Assembly (NCBI GenBank): GCA_964247025.1
Contig: CAXTSM010000008.1
Coordinates: 44,970-108,757 of the forward strand
DNA: 63,788 bases
Direction of reading: 5' to 3'
Origin: an uncultured Chthoniobacterales bacterium
Lineage (GTDB): Bacteria > Verrucomicrobiota > Verrucomicrobiia > Chthoniobacterales > JAATET01
A program made the translations under genes and the position numbers. Below are positions 19,520 to 28,973 of this stretch, piece after piece. The stretch's first letter is position 1. Each line of letters opens with the position of its first letter. The notes under the pieces were generated by a model. That model had not been told where the DNA came from. It made no database searches and saw nothing but the letters and a program-made list of their open reading frames with translations.

Positions 19520-19936
19520 GGTTTCTTAGGATGCCATCCCAAAAAACCAACTCGGAGCCGCGCGAGGCGCGGCCCGCCTCACGGTGCCATGAGCAAAGAC
19601 TGACAGTAATTTTCATTGTGCTGCGATTTTATTGTCCTCGTTGATTCCTTGGGACGAATGATTTCGCCCAGTCTCAACGAGGACACGGTTCCCGCCCATC
19701 CGCACCCGCGGTGGCGGCCGCATCGCAGCCAACGATCCCACCCTACCGCTTTCGTCCCAAGGCTCGCCGACCTCGGTAATTTGACGTCCCGTTCGGATTT
19801 CTCACGCACTACGGGAATTGCTGGCAACGAAACGTTGAGTATGGCCGTTGCCGGGATCACGGCTTTCCTTATGGGCCTAAACCACTCGAAACGCAAGAAA
19901 ATTTGAGTATCCTATATTAGCTCAACGCTTGTCGCC

Positions 19937-20272
19937 ATGAACCAATCCCAAAATCAAGAACTGCAAACAACGGTTTGCACCAACGTAACCACCATTATCC
20001 AATTCGATCTTTTGAAAATTTGGCGGCAGCTTCCGCCATGGATGCCCGGTGCCGTATTCGCTTTCCTCGGTTTGACCTTTTGTGTCGTCGAGCGTTTTGC
20101 CGAAATATGCTTTCCTTTCTGCCCGGCGCTCGGCTGGAGCCTGATGGGCCTTGCCGTCGTAATTCTGGCGGTGTGGTTCGCCAGCGTGCTCACGCTTGGC
20201 TATTACACGATTTATCAACTCTGCATAAAGGCGATGAACCGATGGATACCATCTACCAGGCCCGAAAGCTAA
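19937..20272 (+). CDS. Small hypothetical membrane protein
   Basis: 111 aa with two hydrophobic segments. Confidence 0.45.
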   Translation: MNQSQNQELQTTVCTNVTTIIQFDLLKIWRQLPPWMPGAVFAFLGLTFCVVERFAEICFPFCPALGWSLMGLAVVILAVWFASVLTLGYYTIYQLCIKAMNRWIPSTRPES

Positions 20273-20320
20273 GCCAAACCTCTTCCAACTTCTTCTGAAG
20301 GCATCAAGAAGGAGTCATCC

Positions 20321-20614
20321 GTTAAAGTTGGGGTTTTTGCCAAAACCCCAACTTTAACCCGCTTACGCTGGATGACTCTTTCTTGCGCTCCGCGGGCTCT
20401 CCGAAGGCGAGGCCGAGGGGTTCCCCTCCCAGCCGACCGCTGGTTCCCTCCCGAGCAGGGCGCACTCTGCGCCCCTATTAAAGATTGTGAATCAGGTCTT
20501 TACAATGTTTTTACGCCCGCCGGAAAATGCGGGCAGCGAAAGCAGTCTTCGCGACAAAGTGTAACATAATGTAACATTCTGTGTAATAGTGAGCTTTCCT
20601 GTCACATTGTGACA
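20321..20614. promoter_or_regulatory. Candidate oriT / divergent control region
   Basis: 17-bp perfect inverted repeat (20321-20358), AGTGCGCCCT on the minus strand at 20457-20466, TGTAACAT direct repeats, TGTCACA-T-TGTGACA palindrome; lies between relaxase and TraL-like operon. Confidence 0.55.
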
Positions 20615-20662
20615 CGAAAAGGTTGTCGAGTGAACCGTGACAACCGAAAAAAGGAACAGGAT

Positions 20663-21259
20663 ATGAAGCGGCCATCGAAGACACCATCTGATGATACCGA
20701 CGAATCGGCATTGCCCTCCAATGCGGATCTTGCTCGCGATTCCGCCGGCAAAGGATTGCTCATCGGCAATAATATTTTGGTTCGGTATGCTCCCTACATC
20801 GTCTTTTTTCATCTGGCGGTTGGCTGGAGTTTCCGGAAGCTCGCCAAAGATCTGACGGAGAAATTGAAGCCTCATCTCCGTGGCCGCCAAGTCAGTTTCC
20901 GGCAGGTTCAAGTCATCGTCGGCAAATTCAGGAGTGGTAACCTCCTTCTTCAGGACCACGACATAGCGGATGTCGCCGGTAGTGATCCCGCGCTTGCTTC
21001 CTTTCTTGAACGATGGCACCGGCTTGATCTCTCCACGGCGGCGAAGTCGCCGCCCAAGCCGAAAGCGAAGGTTCCGGTGGTGAAAAAGTCTTCCAAGACC
21101 CCAAATTCCCCAAGCACTGACAAAGGAAGCGGAACTTCCGAGCCCGAAGCCCGCTCGGAAGTCGCCGCTCACACGGAAAAATTGCGAGGAAACAGAGAAA
21201 GACAGGCAAAACTCGCCGAAAGACTCCGAACACAGCTCCGGCCAGACGAAAATAGTTGA
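20663..21259 (+). CDS. Hypothetical basic protein, positional equivalent of TraK/MobC
   Basis: ORF preceding the ParA-like gene; basic, Pro/Lys-rich C-terminal half; start uncertain (20609 GTG or 20663 ATG). Confidence 0.55.
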   Translation: MKRPSKTPSDDTDESALPSNADLARDSAGKGLLIGNNILVRYAPYIVFFHLAVGWSFRKLAKDLTEKLKPHLRGRQVSFRQVQVIVGKFRSGNLLLQDHDIADVAGSDPALASFLERWHRLDLSTAAKSPPKPKAKVPVVKKSSKTPNSPSTDKGSGTSEPEARSEVAAHTEKLRGNRERQAKLAERLRTQLRPDENS

Positions 21260-21353
21260 CAAATACCTTGTCCGCTCACTCAAGAAGCGGGAAAGAGAAA
21301 TCCGAGGGTCAACACCTTCGGAAACTAACCAAATCAACTAGAAATGACACACT

Positions 21354-22109
21354 ATGAAGAACGTAATCATCAACGCATCCGATAAAGGAGGCGACGCAAA
21401 ATCCTCGAATACGAGTTTCCTTTGCGATGCCTTCAATCACTTGGGAATCAATTATACCGCCATCGACGCCGATAAAGTGAATCGGACTTTGTCACAAATG
21501 AATCCGAGCGCAAAAAAGGCGTCGATTAACAGCGAGGATGACCTCGATAAATTGTTCGGAGAAGCATCAGCGGCCGAACATGACGTGATTATCATCGACA
21601 TGCCCGGCTCGGCTGGAAAAGCCATCACCGACTATATTAGCGGAATCTCTTACGAGTTCCTGGAGGAAACCGGGCTTCGTCTGATTCTAGTTCTTCATGT
21701 CGTGAATGACATCCGATGCTTCGCCGGATTGCTGCCATGGGTGGAGCCCTTTGCCGGCAAAGCGGAATTTGTCGCGATGCTCAACGAACGCGACGGCAAA
21801 TTTGAGCTGGAAAAATTCGAAGTCGGCAAAACCTTGTCGGAATTGGTGGAGGGCCGTCAAATCACGGTTCCAAAGCTCCAAAACAAGACCTATGAGTATT
21901 GGGTGGGAAACCCCGCCTTGCTGGAACAATTCATCGATCCACAGAGTTCCATTAACAAAAAACTGCAACTGAATCCCTATGAGCGCCAGCGCTTCGTCAT
22001 GGCGAGAAAGGCGTTTCTCGAATCATTGCAGCCCCATCTGGAATTCCTGATTGGCACGAGCGCCGGGAAAAACGGCGCGGGATCGAAAACGAAACCGCCA
22101 CGCTCATGA
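21354..22109 (+). CDS. ParA/MinD-family P-loop protein (TraL/MobD-like)
   Basis: Deviant Walker A DKGGDAKS, IDADKVN, IIIDMPG. Confidence 0.75.
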   Translation: MKNVIINASDKGGDAKSSNTSFLCDAFNHLGINYTAIDADKVNRTLSQMNPSAKKASINSEDDLDKLFGEASAAEHDVIIIDMPGSAGKAITDYISGISYEFLEETGLRLILVLHVVNDIRCFAGLLPWVEPFAGKAEFVAMLNERDGKFELEKFEVGKTLSELVEGRQITVPKLQNKTYEYWVGNPALLEQFIDPQSSINKKLQLNPYERQRFVMARKAFLESLQPHLEFLIGTSAGKNGAGSKTKPPRS

Positions 22110-22753
22110 GCGCTCCCCAGTCTCGGCTCGATCAATATATCGCATTGTTCCCGATCGAGGAACGCCATCGACGGGAGCGCGATATTCGTAGCGTCATTAT
22201 AGACGACAATGATCCTTTTCTGATTACGGCCATTCATTCGGCCGAATCTCGAAAGGCTACCATGGATGCGCTCGCGCACCGGGCGGGGCCGCGGGTATCG
22301 CGACGGACGTTTATTGCATTAACCGTCATCTTGGGTTTCGTTATCGGCGCTGTTTCGGCCGCAGTGACCAGTCAGCTCCTGACCAATCGACTCCAATCGA
22401 AATTGGCGAAACTCGAGCAAACGGCGGACGCGGCAACCAAGCGTCTCGCTCAGATCGACGTCTTTACCAAGGCGGAATATGACCTCATGGTCGCATCCCG
22501 TTCTACCCTAACCGCCGGTGTCGCGATGGCGCGAATTTTCAATTCGTCACCGCTAGCCGCAATCGGGCGAAGCGGCTCCGACGTGGTGCTGATTCTGCCA
22601 AAAGGACAGGTTTCATTGGAACCTGCCGATGGACAAAATGAGCGCCTCGTCATTCGCAAAGACATTATCGGAAACGGCATCGAACAGAATTTCTTCGAGC
22701 TGCAAGTGCAGAAGGCGAGCGAGAAGGAAAGCGCGCCGCCCGCCAACCCATAG
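22106..22753 (+). CDS. Membrane-anchored TraM/MobE-like protein
   Basis: IDDNDPFL resembles the DDP motif of TraM/MobE; one TM helix and a coiled coil; ATGA-coupled to the ParA-like gene. Confidence 0.5.
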   Translation: MSAPQSRLDQYIALFPIEERHRRERDIRSVIIDDNDPFLITAIHSAESRKATMDALAHRAGPRVSRRTFIALTVILGFVIGAVSAAVTSQLLTNRLQSKLAKLEQTADAATKRLAQIDVFTKAEYDLMVASRSTLTAGVAMARIFNSSPLAAIGRSGSDVVLILPKGQVSLEPADGQNERLVIRKDIIGNGIEQNFFELQVQKASEKESAPPANP

Positions 22754-22909
22754 CGGGTGATCCGTCGCGCGCCGGTGACCTTATCGGCAACGGCCAGATT
22801 CGACGCCGCGGCCTCGTCTTACCGCCTGTCGGCGGTGCGCGCAGGCACCCAGTAACGTAGCGGCATGTGTGCAATACGTTCTGACCATGATTAGGGAAAG
22901 CTTCCAACA

Positions 22910-23764
22910 ATGAGCGGGCCGGTTTTTCCCCACCAGCGTTCGGCGTATCGTCACCTTCTCGATACTGGGAACGCCTACTTTTCTATCAAATGGCATAGAC
23001 TGCCGATTCAGCCCCGGTTTCACCGACTTATCATCGGTCCAACTGGCGTCGGCAAATCGCATTTGGTCAAAGCCGTGGCCAAAGGGCTAGAGGCCGGCTA
23101 TTTTAAGGTTAATTTGATGAGTTATCTGCCGTGCGGATGCTCGCAAGCTCAAGGAAGACAAACCGCAAAGGAACTCTTGGATGTTTTGCTCGAGAATGAA
23201 CGGACCGTTGTGTTCATCGACGAACTCGATAAAATCGACCAAGCCACGTCATGGACTGCTTACATAAAAGCAGAAATCTATGGTTTGCTCGACGGTCTGT
23301 GGCCCATCGGTCTGGACTTTGCTCCTGATTCGCCGGAAGAAGACGGTCCGCATTATCGACGAGCCCGGGCCAAACACCGGCTAAGGTATAAATGCTATGT
23401 CGTTGCCGCGGGGACTTGGCAAAGTGTTTGGAATGAAAGCGCCAACCACATAATCGGCTACAATTCGTCCCCCGCGACCGAGCCAAGTTTCACGAAGCTC
23501 GTTAGCTCAATCCCCGCAGAACTCATTAACCGCTTTACCTATCCGCCGATCCTCATTTCACCGCTGACCTTGGCCGACTATGGAGAACTTATTCATGCGT
23601 CGGCGGCATCGCTACCTGAGGATATGGCCGATCAATTTTTTGCCATTGGGATGAGTGGGATCAAAAGCGCACTCGAATATGGCAAAGGCTGTCGCTATGT
23701 CGAAGAAGTGTTAACTCAGGTCTTATTGACAAAGACGCCCAGTAAAGAACCATCGTTACACTAA
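22910..23764 (+). CDS. AAA+ ATPase
   Basis: GPTGVGKS Walker A, VFIDELDKI Walker B, IPAELINRF arginine-finger region. Confidence 0.85.
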   Translation: MSGPVFPHQRSAYRHLLDTGNAYFSIKWHRLPIQPRFHRLIIGPTGVGKSHLVKAVAKGLEAGYFKVNLMSYLPCGCSQAQGRQTAKELLDVLLENERTVVFIDELDKIDQATSWTAYIKAEIYGLLDGLWPIGLDFAPDSPEEDGPHYRRARAKHRLRYKCYVVAAGTWQSVWNESANHIIGYNSSPATEPSFTKLVSSIPAELINRFTYPPILISPLTLADYGELIHASAASLPEDMADQFFAIGMSGIKSALEYGKGCRYVEEVLTQVLLTKTPSKEPSLH

Positions 23765-24249
23765 TGGAGTCATTTTATTTACCCCTTCGTTGCAAAATTG
23801 TCCGCATTGGCGAACCGACATTGCCCGAGTTTGGTATTTCCAGGCATCCCGTGGACACGCCGGCAAAATCCGTCGAGTTTTGGGAAAGCATCATCGTTTC
23901 GAGCGATGACTACCAGGAAGACAAGGAGCATTTAGTCGTCGTCTGTCTAAATGCCCGCCTAAAACCTACCGGCTATCATCTGGTAGCTTTGGGCGGACTT
24001 AATGAATGCTTAGCCGGTCCGCGGGAAATATTCCGAGCGGCTATTGCGGCTGCGGCGTATGGATTTTTACTAATTCATAATCACCCGAGTGGAGATCCCA
24101 CCCCAAGTGAGGCGGACCGACGCTTAACCAATCGCCTCAAAGATGCGGCGGAGATGCTGTCCATCAGATTTGTTGATCATGTCGTCGTCGGTCAGGCAGC
24201 GGCGGACCAGCCAGGTTATTTTTCCTTCAAGGAACATGGCACTCTCTAA
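23764..24249 (+). CDS. RadC-like JAB domain protein
   Basis: KEHLVVVCLN, PREIFRAA, HNHPSGDPTPSEAD, DHVVVG. Confidence 0.92.
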   Translation: MESFYLPLRCKIVRIGEPTLPEFGISRHPVDTPAKSVEFWESIIVSSDDYQEDKEHLVVVCLNARLKPTGYHLVALGGLNECLAGPREIFRAAIAAAAYGFLLIHNHPSGDPTPSEADRRLTNRLKDAAEMLSIRFVDHVVVGQAAADQPGYFSFKEHGTL

Positions 24250-24255
24250 AATACA

Positions 24256-24501
24256 CTAAGGCTCGACAACATCGCTTAATTTCCGGCGCAGAGCTTTAAG
24301 AATTCTCAGCAATTCGCAGTCGGTTAGCGAACGCTCGCCCGATTCAATACGAGCTAGGACCTCTTGCCTTATGCTCCACCCGCCAAGCTGAAGGCGGGCG
24401 ACAACCTGACCTTGCGTGAGATCGGCTTCATTCCGAAGTCGTTTGACCTCCGCGCCCAGGCAATTTTGTTTCGTTCCAAATACTGATCCCCGTCGGGCCA
24501 T
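24256..24501 (-). CDS. XRE-family HTH transcriptional regulator
   Basis: VKRLRNEADLTQGQVVARLQ..W......LARIESGER; ATG at 24501 preferred over 24549. Confidence 0.85.
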   Translation of the reverse strand: MARRGSVFGTKQNCLGAEVKRLRNEADLTQGQVVARLQLGGWSIRQEVLARIESGERSLTDCELLRILKALRRKLSDVVEP

Positions 24502-24533
24502 TTCCGAACTTAGAGAATCCAGCTTGTCTTGGG

Positions 24534-24568
24534 ATGAGACGTGTCTCATATTATGAGGACTGTCTCAT
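24534..24568. promoter_or_regulatory. Tandem palindromic operators ATGAG-n4-GTCTCAT
   Basis: ATGAGACGTGTCTCAT (24534-24549) and ATGAGGACTGTCTCAT (24553-24568) between divergent genes. Confidence 0.7.
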
Positions 24569-24594
24569 TGTAAACGTTCGCTCTTTTTAAAAAT

Positions 24595-26958
24595 ATGCCG
24601 GAAGCCACCCAACAAACTACGACCCAAAACGCGACGGCTCACTCCCGCCGCCGCGTGAACATTTCCGCTCTGTGCGTTGTCGCCTCGGCGTGCTTCGCAC
24701 CTGCGGCAGTCGCCATTGATTCCGCGTCCGTTTCCAAGACGGTCATCGGGGCATGCGCGAGCACATTTGAACGTCTCGGCGTTCCGGCAAATAACGCGGC
24801 TGGTGGTGAAAACCTGATTTACACCAATGTCGAGGGGGCAGTGCAAACAGCCCCCGATGGTCGCATCCAGTTTCGCGGCCAACTTGACGATTACGGGGTT
24901 GTTCTCGGGAACAATCCGACCCAATCGAAGCCGGTCACCGCCGCGCTCTTGGGTTACTACCCCAATTTGGCCTTCACTAAAGAGCCGTCATTTGACGGCC
25001 TGCAAGCCCCCGGCCTACCAACCGGAACGATCTTCCTGCCAGGGTCGGTTTCGCGATACGATCCCGCAAACCCACCTTCCACGGGAGAACTTGGCACGCA
25101 TGGCAATACGGCCGTCAGCTCGAATGGTCACAAGGTCGTTTCGCTCATGTTGCATGGGCCGGGAGTCGACGAATGGGCAAACGGCTCCCTGCAACCGTTG
25201 GGGAACGGAACCACGCTTTGGGCCTTTGACGGAAACAACCTGAACTTGATTCTCCGCTCGGGAGCGCAAGCCGCGGGTCTGCCCGAACGAACCATCGCCG
25301 CTTCGGCCTTGCAACCTCGGTGTCTCGTCAACGCCGGGTTCTGCCTTTATCAAGCCGATACGGGCATGGCTGCTGATGTCACCGACCGCATTGCGGCGGC
25401 ATATCTTTACAATCCCCAAAGCCAGTCTTCGCAACTCGTGATCTACAACGGGATGCCAACCCCCGGCGTCGCGGGCACCACGATTGTATTTTCCCGCGGG
25501 ACGCGCACGGCGTTGTTGGACAACGGAGCCGTCGTGATCGTCACGTATCTCGAGGGTGCGGGCCTGACCTTCGACAGCAACGAAGTGGTGTTGCTCTATA
25601 GCGGTGGTGCGCTTTCCGTGCTCGCTCGATCCGGCACGTCCGTTCCCACGCAGCCAAACTTGACGATGACATCGTTCGGCTGGGGTTTTCTCCCGAAAGG
25701 TGACGAGTTCGACGTGACCCCCGGAACGTCGATTTCGATCCGGGTGAGCGCAAGCAACTCCACCGATTCATTCGGGGACCAGATTCTCACCGTCGACCTA
25801 AGCGGGACCGTCGCGTATTCCGACTATTTCAACGTTCGCGGACAGGCTCCCGGATTTCCGGTCGGCGTCACGTTGGACGCTCCGTTGCGAAACGACGCCA
25901 CCGCCGCGCCGATTGTCACCGGCGCGGTGTCGAACCCTGCAGCCGGCTACACCGCGACCGGATGCTGGTTCGCTACCGCGGACGGCCTCAAGTTGATTGC
26001 CTACACCGGGCAGGCTGCGCCCGGAATTTCCGGCGCCACGGTTTCCGCGATCCTCCTTGCGCAGTTTGAAGCCAAGGGGCCGCATGGCCGCCGTGCCAAC
26101 GTCTTGGCTCAAATTGAAGGTTCGGGAATTGCCGCGAACTCCGAAGAGGTTTTTATCGCCGAGGAAGACGGGCAACTGCTGCTCGCCCGAAACGGCCTGC
26201 GCACCGGAAAAATCCCGACGCCTTACACCACGACGATCTCGACATCCGAGGACCGCGCCGCGCTCGTCCAGTTCAAGAAAGACGTGCATGTCGACGGGGT
26301 CTTTACCTACGTCGATCCATCGGGGGACACCTACACCCTTGTTGCGGACGACTACTCGTTCAATGGCTTGTCAGATGCTCATGCGGCCCTTGTTTTCAAG
26401 CAGAACGGCAATATCGCCAAGGGCGACTACGACATCGCAAATCCGCGCAATGGCGTCGTGGAAACATACGGCTACGGCTACGAGCAGGCTCTCTATTTCC
26501 AGTTTCCCGGCGCTTCGCCGCGAGCGCTGATTCCGCTGGCGTCCCCACAGGTGCCGGCTTCCCCCACACCTACGCCGACGGCAACTCCTGATCCGTCACC
26601 AAACCCCACGCCGGCCCCCACGCCGACTGTTGACGAAAGCCCAACCGCGTTTCCGGCGCGGCTCACCGCCCGCGTGCGCGCCGGTCGCCTTATCATCCCC
26701 TTCACACTTTCCGACGCGGACGGTTTGAAAACCGTCCGGGCAGCCATCAAGGGCCGGGGATCAAGACGGATTTTGCAGACATGGAACGCGAAGGCGGCAC
26801 CGCGTTTCTCGACCTCGATCCGGCTGCGCATTTTGTCGCGAGCACCACGAATGCAGGCGGCGCTCACGCCGCTCGCGCTCACGAAGCCGGTCCTCGTGCA
26901 GCTCTCCACCCAGGACGGCATCAGGAGCTATAAAATCAAAATTCGTCCTCGCCGGTAA
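24595..26958 (+). CDS. Secreted beta-repeat protein with Pro/Thr linker and basic C-terminal domain
   Basis: Signal-like segment; recurring (L/V)(I/L)xx(S/T/N)GxxAPG repeats; PTPTPTATPDPSPNPTPAPTP linker. Confidence 0.8.
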   Translation: MPEATQQTTTQNATAHSRRRVNISALCVVASACFAPAAVAIDSASVSKTVIGACASTFERLGVPANNAAGGENLIYTNVEGAVQTAPDGRIQFRGQLDDYGVVLGNNPTQSKPVTAALLGYYPNLAFTKEPSFDGLQAPGLPTGTIFLPGSVSRYDPANPPSTGELGTHGNTAVSSNGHKVVSLMLHGPGVDEWANGSLQPLGNGTTLWAFDGNNLNLILRSGAQAAGLPERTIAASALQPRCLVNAGFCLYQADTGMAADVTDRIAAAYLYNPQSQSSQLVIYNGMPTPGVAGTTIVFSRGTRTALLDNGAVVIVTYLEGAGLTFDSNEVVLLYSGGALSVLARSGTSVPTQPNLTMTSFGWGFLPKGDEFDVTPGTSISIRVSASNSTDSFGDQILTVDLSGTVAYSDYFNVRGQAPGFPVGVTLDAPLRNDATAAPIVTGAVSNPAAGYTATGCWFATADGLKLIAYTGQAAPGISGATVSAILLAQFEAKGPHGRRANVLAQIEGSGIAANSEEVFIAEEDGQLLLARNGLRTGKIPTPYTTTISTSEDRAALVQFKKDVHVDGVFTYVDPSGDTYTLVADDYSFNGLSDAHAALVFKQNGNIAKGDYDIANPRNGVVETYGYGYEQALYFQFPGASPRALIPLASPQVPASPTPTPTATPDPSPNPTPAPTPTVDESPTAFPARLTARVRAGRLIIPFTLSDADGLKTVRAAIKGRGSRRILQTWNAKAAPRFSTSIRLRILSRAPRMQAALTPLALTKPVLVQLSTQDGIRSYKIKIRPRR

Positions 26959-26970
26959 CTCGCAAATTTT

Positions 26971-28452
26971 ATGAAGCGCATATTTCTTGTTATCATCTTC
27001 CTCGTCGGCGCGGCATCTGCCGCACGCGCCGTCTTTCCGCCGAAACCTACCGAGCCGCCACCCGCGGAATTCAACTACGTCACCCATGAGTCGGCCACGA
27101 TAGCCGATGGCGAATGGATCTCGTGGCAAGTTACCGGCGGAATTACGCAATGGGCATGGCGTCCCTTTCTTCCTCCGGCCCCGCCCGCCTATTACTTGAA
27201 CTCCGAGACAGGCGCGGCATGGAAATCCGACGAAGGATTTTGGAATCAGGTCGATCGCGGGTTGGGGTCTTACACCTGGCAATGGGAGCCCGCGCAGATG
27301 GCGACCGTGCCGCCCGATGCGATCAATCCCGTGACTGGGCTAATGTGGAATGGATGGGAGGGATATTGGCAATCCGACAAACTCGGCCAGTGGTATGGCG
27401 CGGTTCAATATCACTGGCAGTCCTATGGCCCGGATTGGTATTTGCCGCAACCGACCGGGAGGCCAACGGCATCGGGTCTATGGAAGTGGAACTACTCGTC
27501 GCAGCAATGGGAGTGGCAGGTGCTCGATCCGGGAATCACGATTTACGGCGGCGATCCGACCCAGCCTCCCAATTATTTCGACGAGGCCACCGGAGCGGCC
27601 ATCACCGCCGCCGAGATCGGCGTCAAAGGATCATGGCAGGTTGAGGAAACGGCCACGCAGGGTGGCCCACAGTATTTTTGGGAATGGTTTCCGTTCAAGC
27701 CGACGCTGGCGCCTCAGAATATCGGGCTCAACATGAAGACCGGCAAACCGTGGACGCTTGCCGATGGACAGTGGTTTCTCATTCGGCGGCCTACCTATCG
27801 CTACTGGCAGTGGTTTCAGAACCTCGGGCCAATTACTCCACCGGATGGAGCGAGCATCTACACCGGCGTTTCTTGGCGGTCAGACGAAGGTTATTGGGAA
27901 GCCACCGCAACCGACGCGAGTAACTTTCCCGTGGCGGCAAAATGGACACCTTACGCTTACGACAAACTACACCCTATGCCCGAAACGCGTTCCACTGCCT
28001 ACGGGTCGTGGATCGTGGATCAAACACCGGGAAATTTTCATTGGAAGTGGGAGGCTGACGTTTACCGCTACAACGGGGAAATTCCGATCCCACCGAAACC
28101 GGGCAAACTCGGTAAAAACATCGTCGTGCGCCGGAAAGGCAGCATGATTGAATTGCGCGGCACGGCGACCGACCCAAATGGAATCGATCTCATCTACGTC
28201 AAGATTGGCAAAACTTACGCCAAAACAAAACTCACCTTCCCAAATCTTAACGCGGTAAAAAATGCCGCCGGAGCTAATGAAGTCGCCCGCGCCACCAGCC
28301 AAGCTAAGTGGGTTGCACTCGGACAATCGAGCAATTTCGCCAAGTCATTACCGGTCACGATATATCTCTACGATCAAGCCTATTACCTCGATCCGATGAC
28401 CGGAAGAACTCCGAAGCCGCTCATTAAACGGCTGAAACTGCGAGTTCCATGA
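26971..28452 (+). CDS. Secreted Trp-rich repeat protein with basic C-terminal domain
   Basis: Signal peptide MKRIFLVIIFLVGAASAARA; about six roughly 40-aa repeats. Confidence 0.8.
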   Translation: MKRIFLVIIFLVGAASAARAVFPPKPTEPPPAEFNYVTHESATIADGEWISWQVTGGITQWAWRPFLPPAPPAYYLNSETGAAWKSDEGFWNQVDRGLGSYTWQWEPAQMATVPPDAINPVTGLMWNGWEGYWQSDKLGQWYGAVQYHWQSYGPDWYLPQPTGRPTASGLWKWNYSSQQWEWQVLDPGITIYGGDPTQPPNYFDEATGAAITAAEIGVKGSWQVEETATQGGPQYFWEWFPFKPTLAPQNIGLNMKTGKPWTLADGQWFLIRRPTYRYWQWFQNLGPITPPDGASIYTGVSWRSDEGYWEATATDASNFPVAAKWTPYAYDKLHPMPETRSTAYGSWIVDQTPGNFHWKWEADVYRYNGEIPIPPKPGKLGKNIVVRRKGSMIELRGTATDPNGIDLIYVKIGKTYAKTKLTFPNLNAVKNAAGANEVARATSQAKWVALGQSSNFAKSLPVTIYLYDQAYYLDPMTGRTPKPLIKRLKLRVP

Positions 28453-28540
28453 GCCGCTTCTTCGACAATCGGACTTTCGCCGCCTGTGTCAGAACGCGAA
28501 GAAATAGGTTGCTGCAAACTCAATAACTAAATTCACTACT

Positions 28541-28909
28541 ATGCTGGAAATTTGCTGCTCGGGAAACGTGGGAACCGTCCGGTTCTTCGAAAAAGATGAT
28601 GTTCAAGTTCTTTCAATGGGCTTGGCGACCAATCGAAAAGTTGGCGAAAAGACCTACACAGATTGGCTTAGCGTCAAAATTTGGGGGCAGCGTGCGCTTA
28701 GTCTGCGCGATCATATTTTGCCGGGACAGCGGCTTTTTGTTCGGGGGCGTGCGGCTACGAACGCCTACAGCAAAAGTGACGGAACCCCAGCGTCCGAATT
28801 GATTTGTCACGTTACGGAACTGGAATTTCTAGGACCAAAACCACAACCGACGACCGAACGACCCATCGCAAAAGCTAAGCGCAGCCGAAAGTCACCAGCA
28901 GCAGTTTAA
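28541..28909 (+). CDS. ssb: Single-stranded DNA-binding protein
   Basis: GNVG, LATNRK, TDWLSVKIWG, G.RLFVRGR, YSKSDG. Confidence 0.85.
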   Translation: MLEICCSGNVGTVRFFEKDDVQVLSMGLATNRKVGEKTYTDWLSVKIWGQRALSLRDHILPGQRLFVRGRAATNAYSKSDGTPASELICHVTELEFLGPKPQPTTERPIAKAKRSRKSPAAV

Positions 28910-28929
28910 CAAGATTTCGTTTAATCACG

Positions 28930-28963
28930 AAGAGCGGAAGCATAACGCTTCCGCTCTTTTTTT
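28930..28963 (+). terminator. Intrinsic terminator
   Basis: AAGAGCGGAAGC-ataac-GCTTCCGCTCTT followed by a T run. Confidence 0.85.
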
Positions 28964-28973
28964 ATGTTGTGGA

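Noticed and set aside
19579-19906. Overlapping short ORFs on both strands or a possible ncRNA
   Set aside because: No motif or convincing structure by eye; left uncalled
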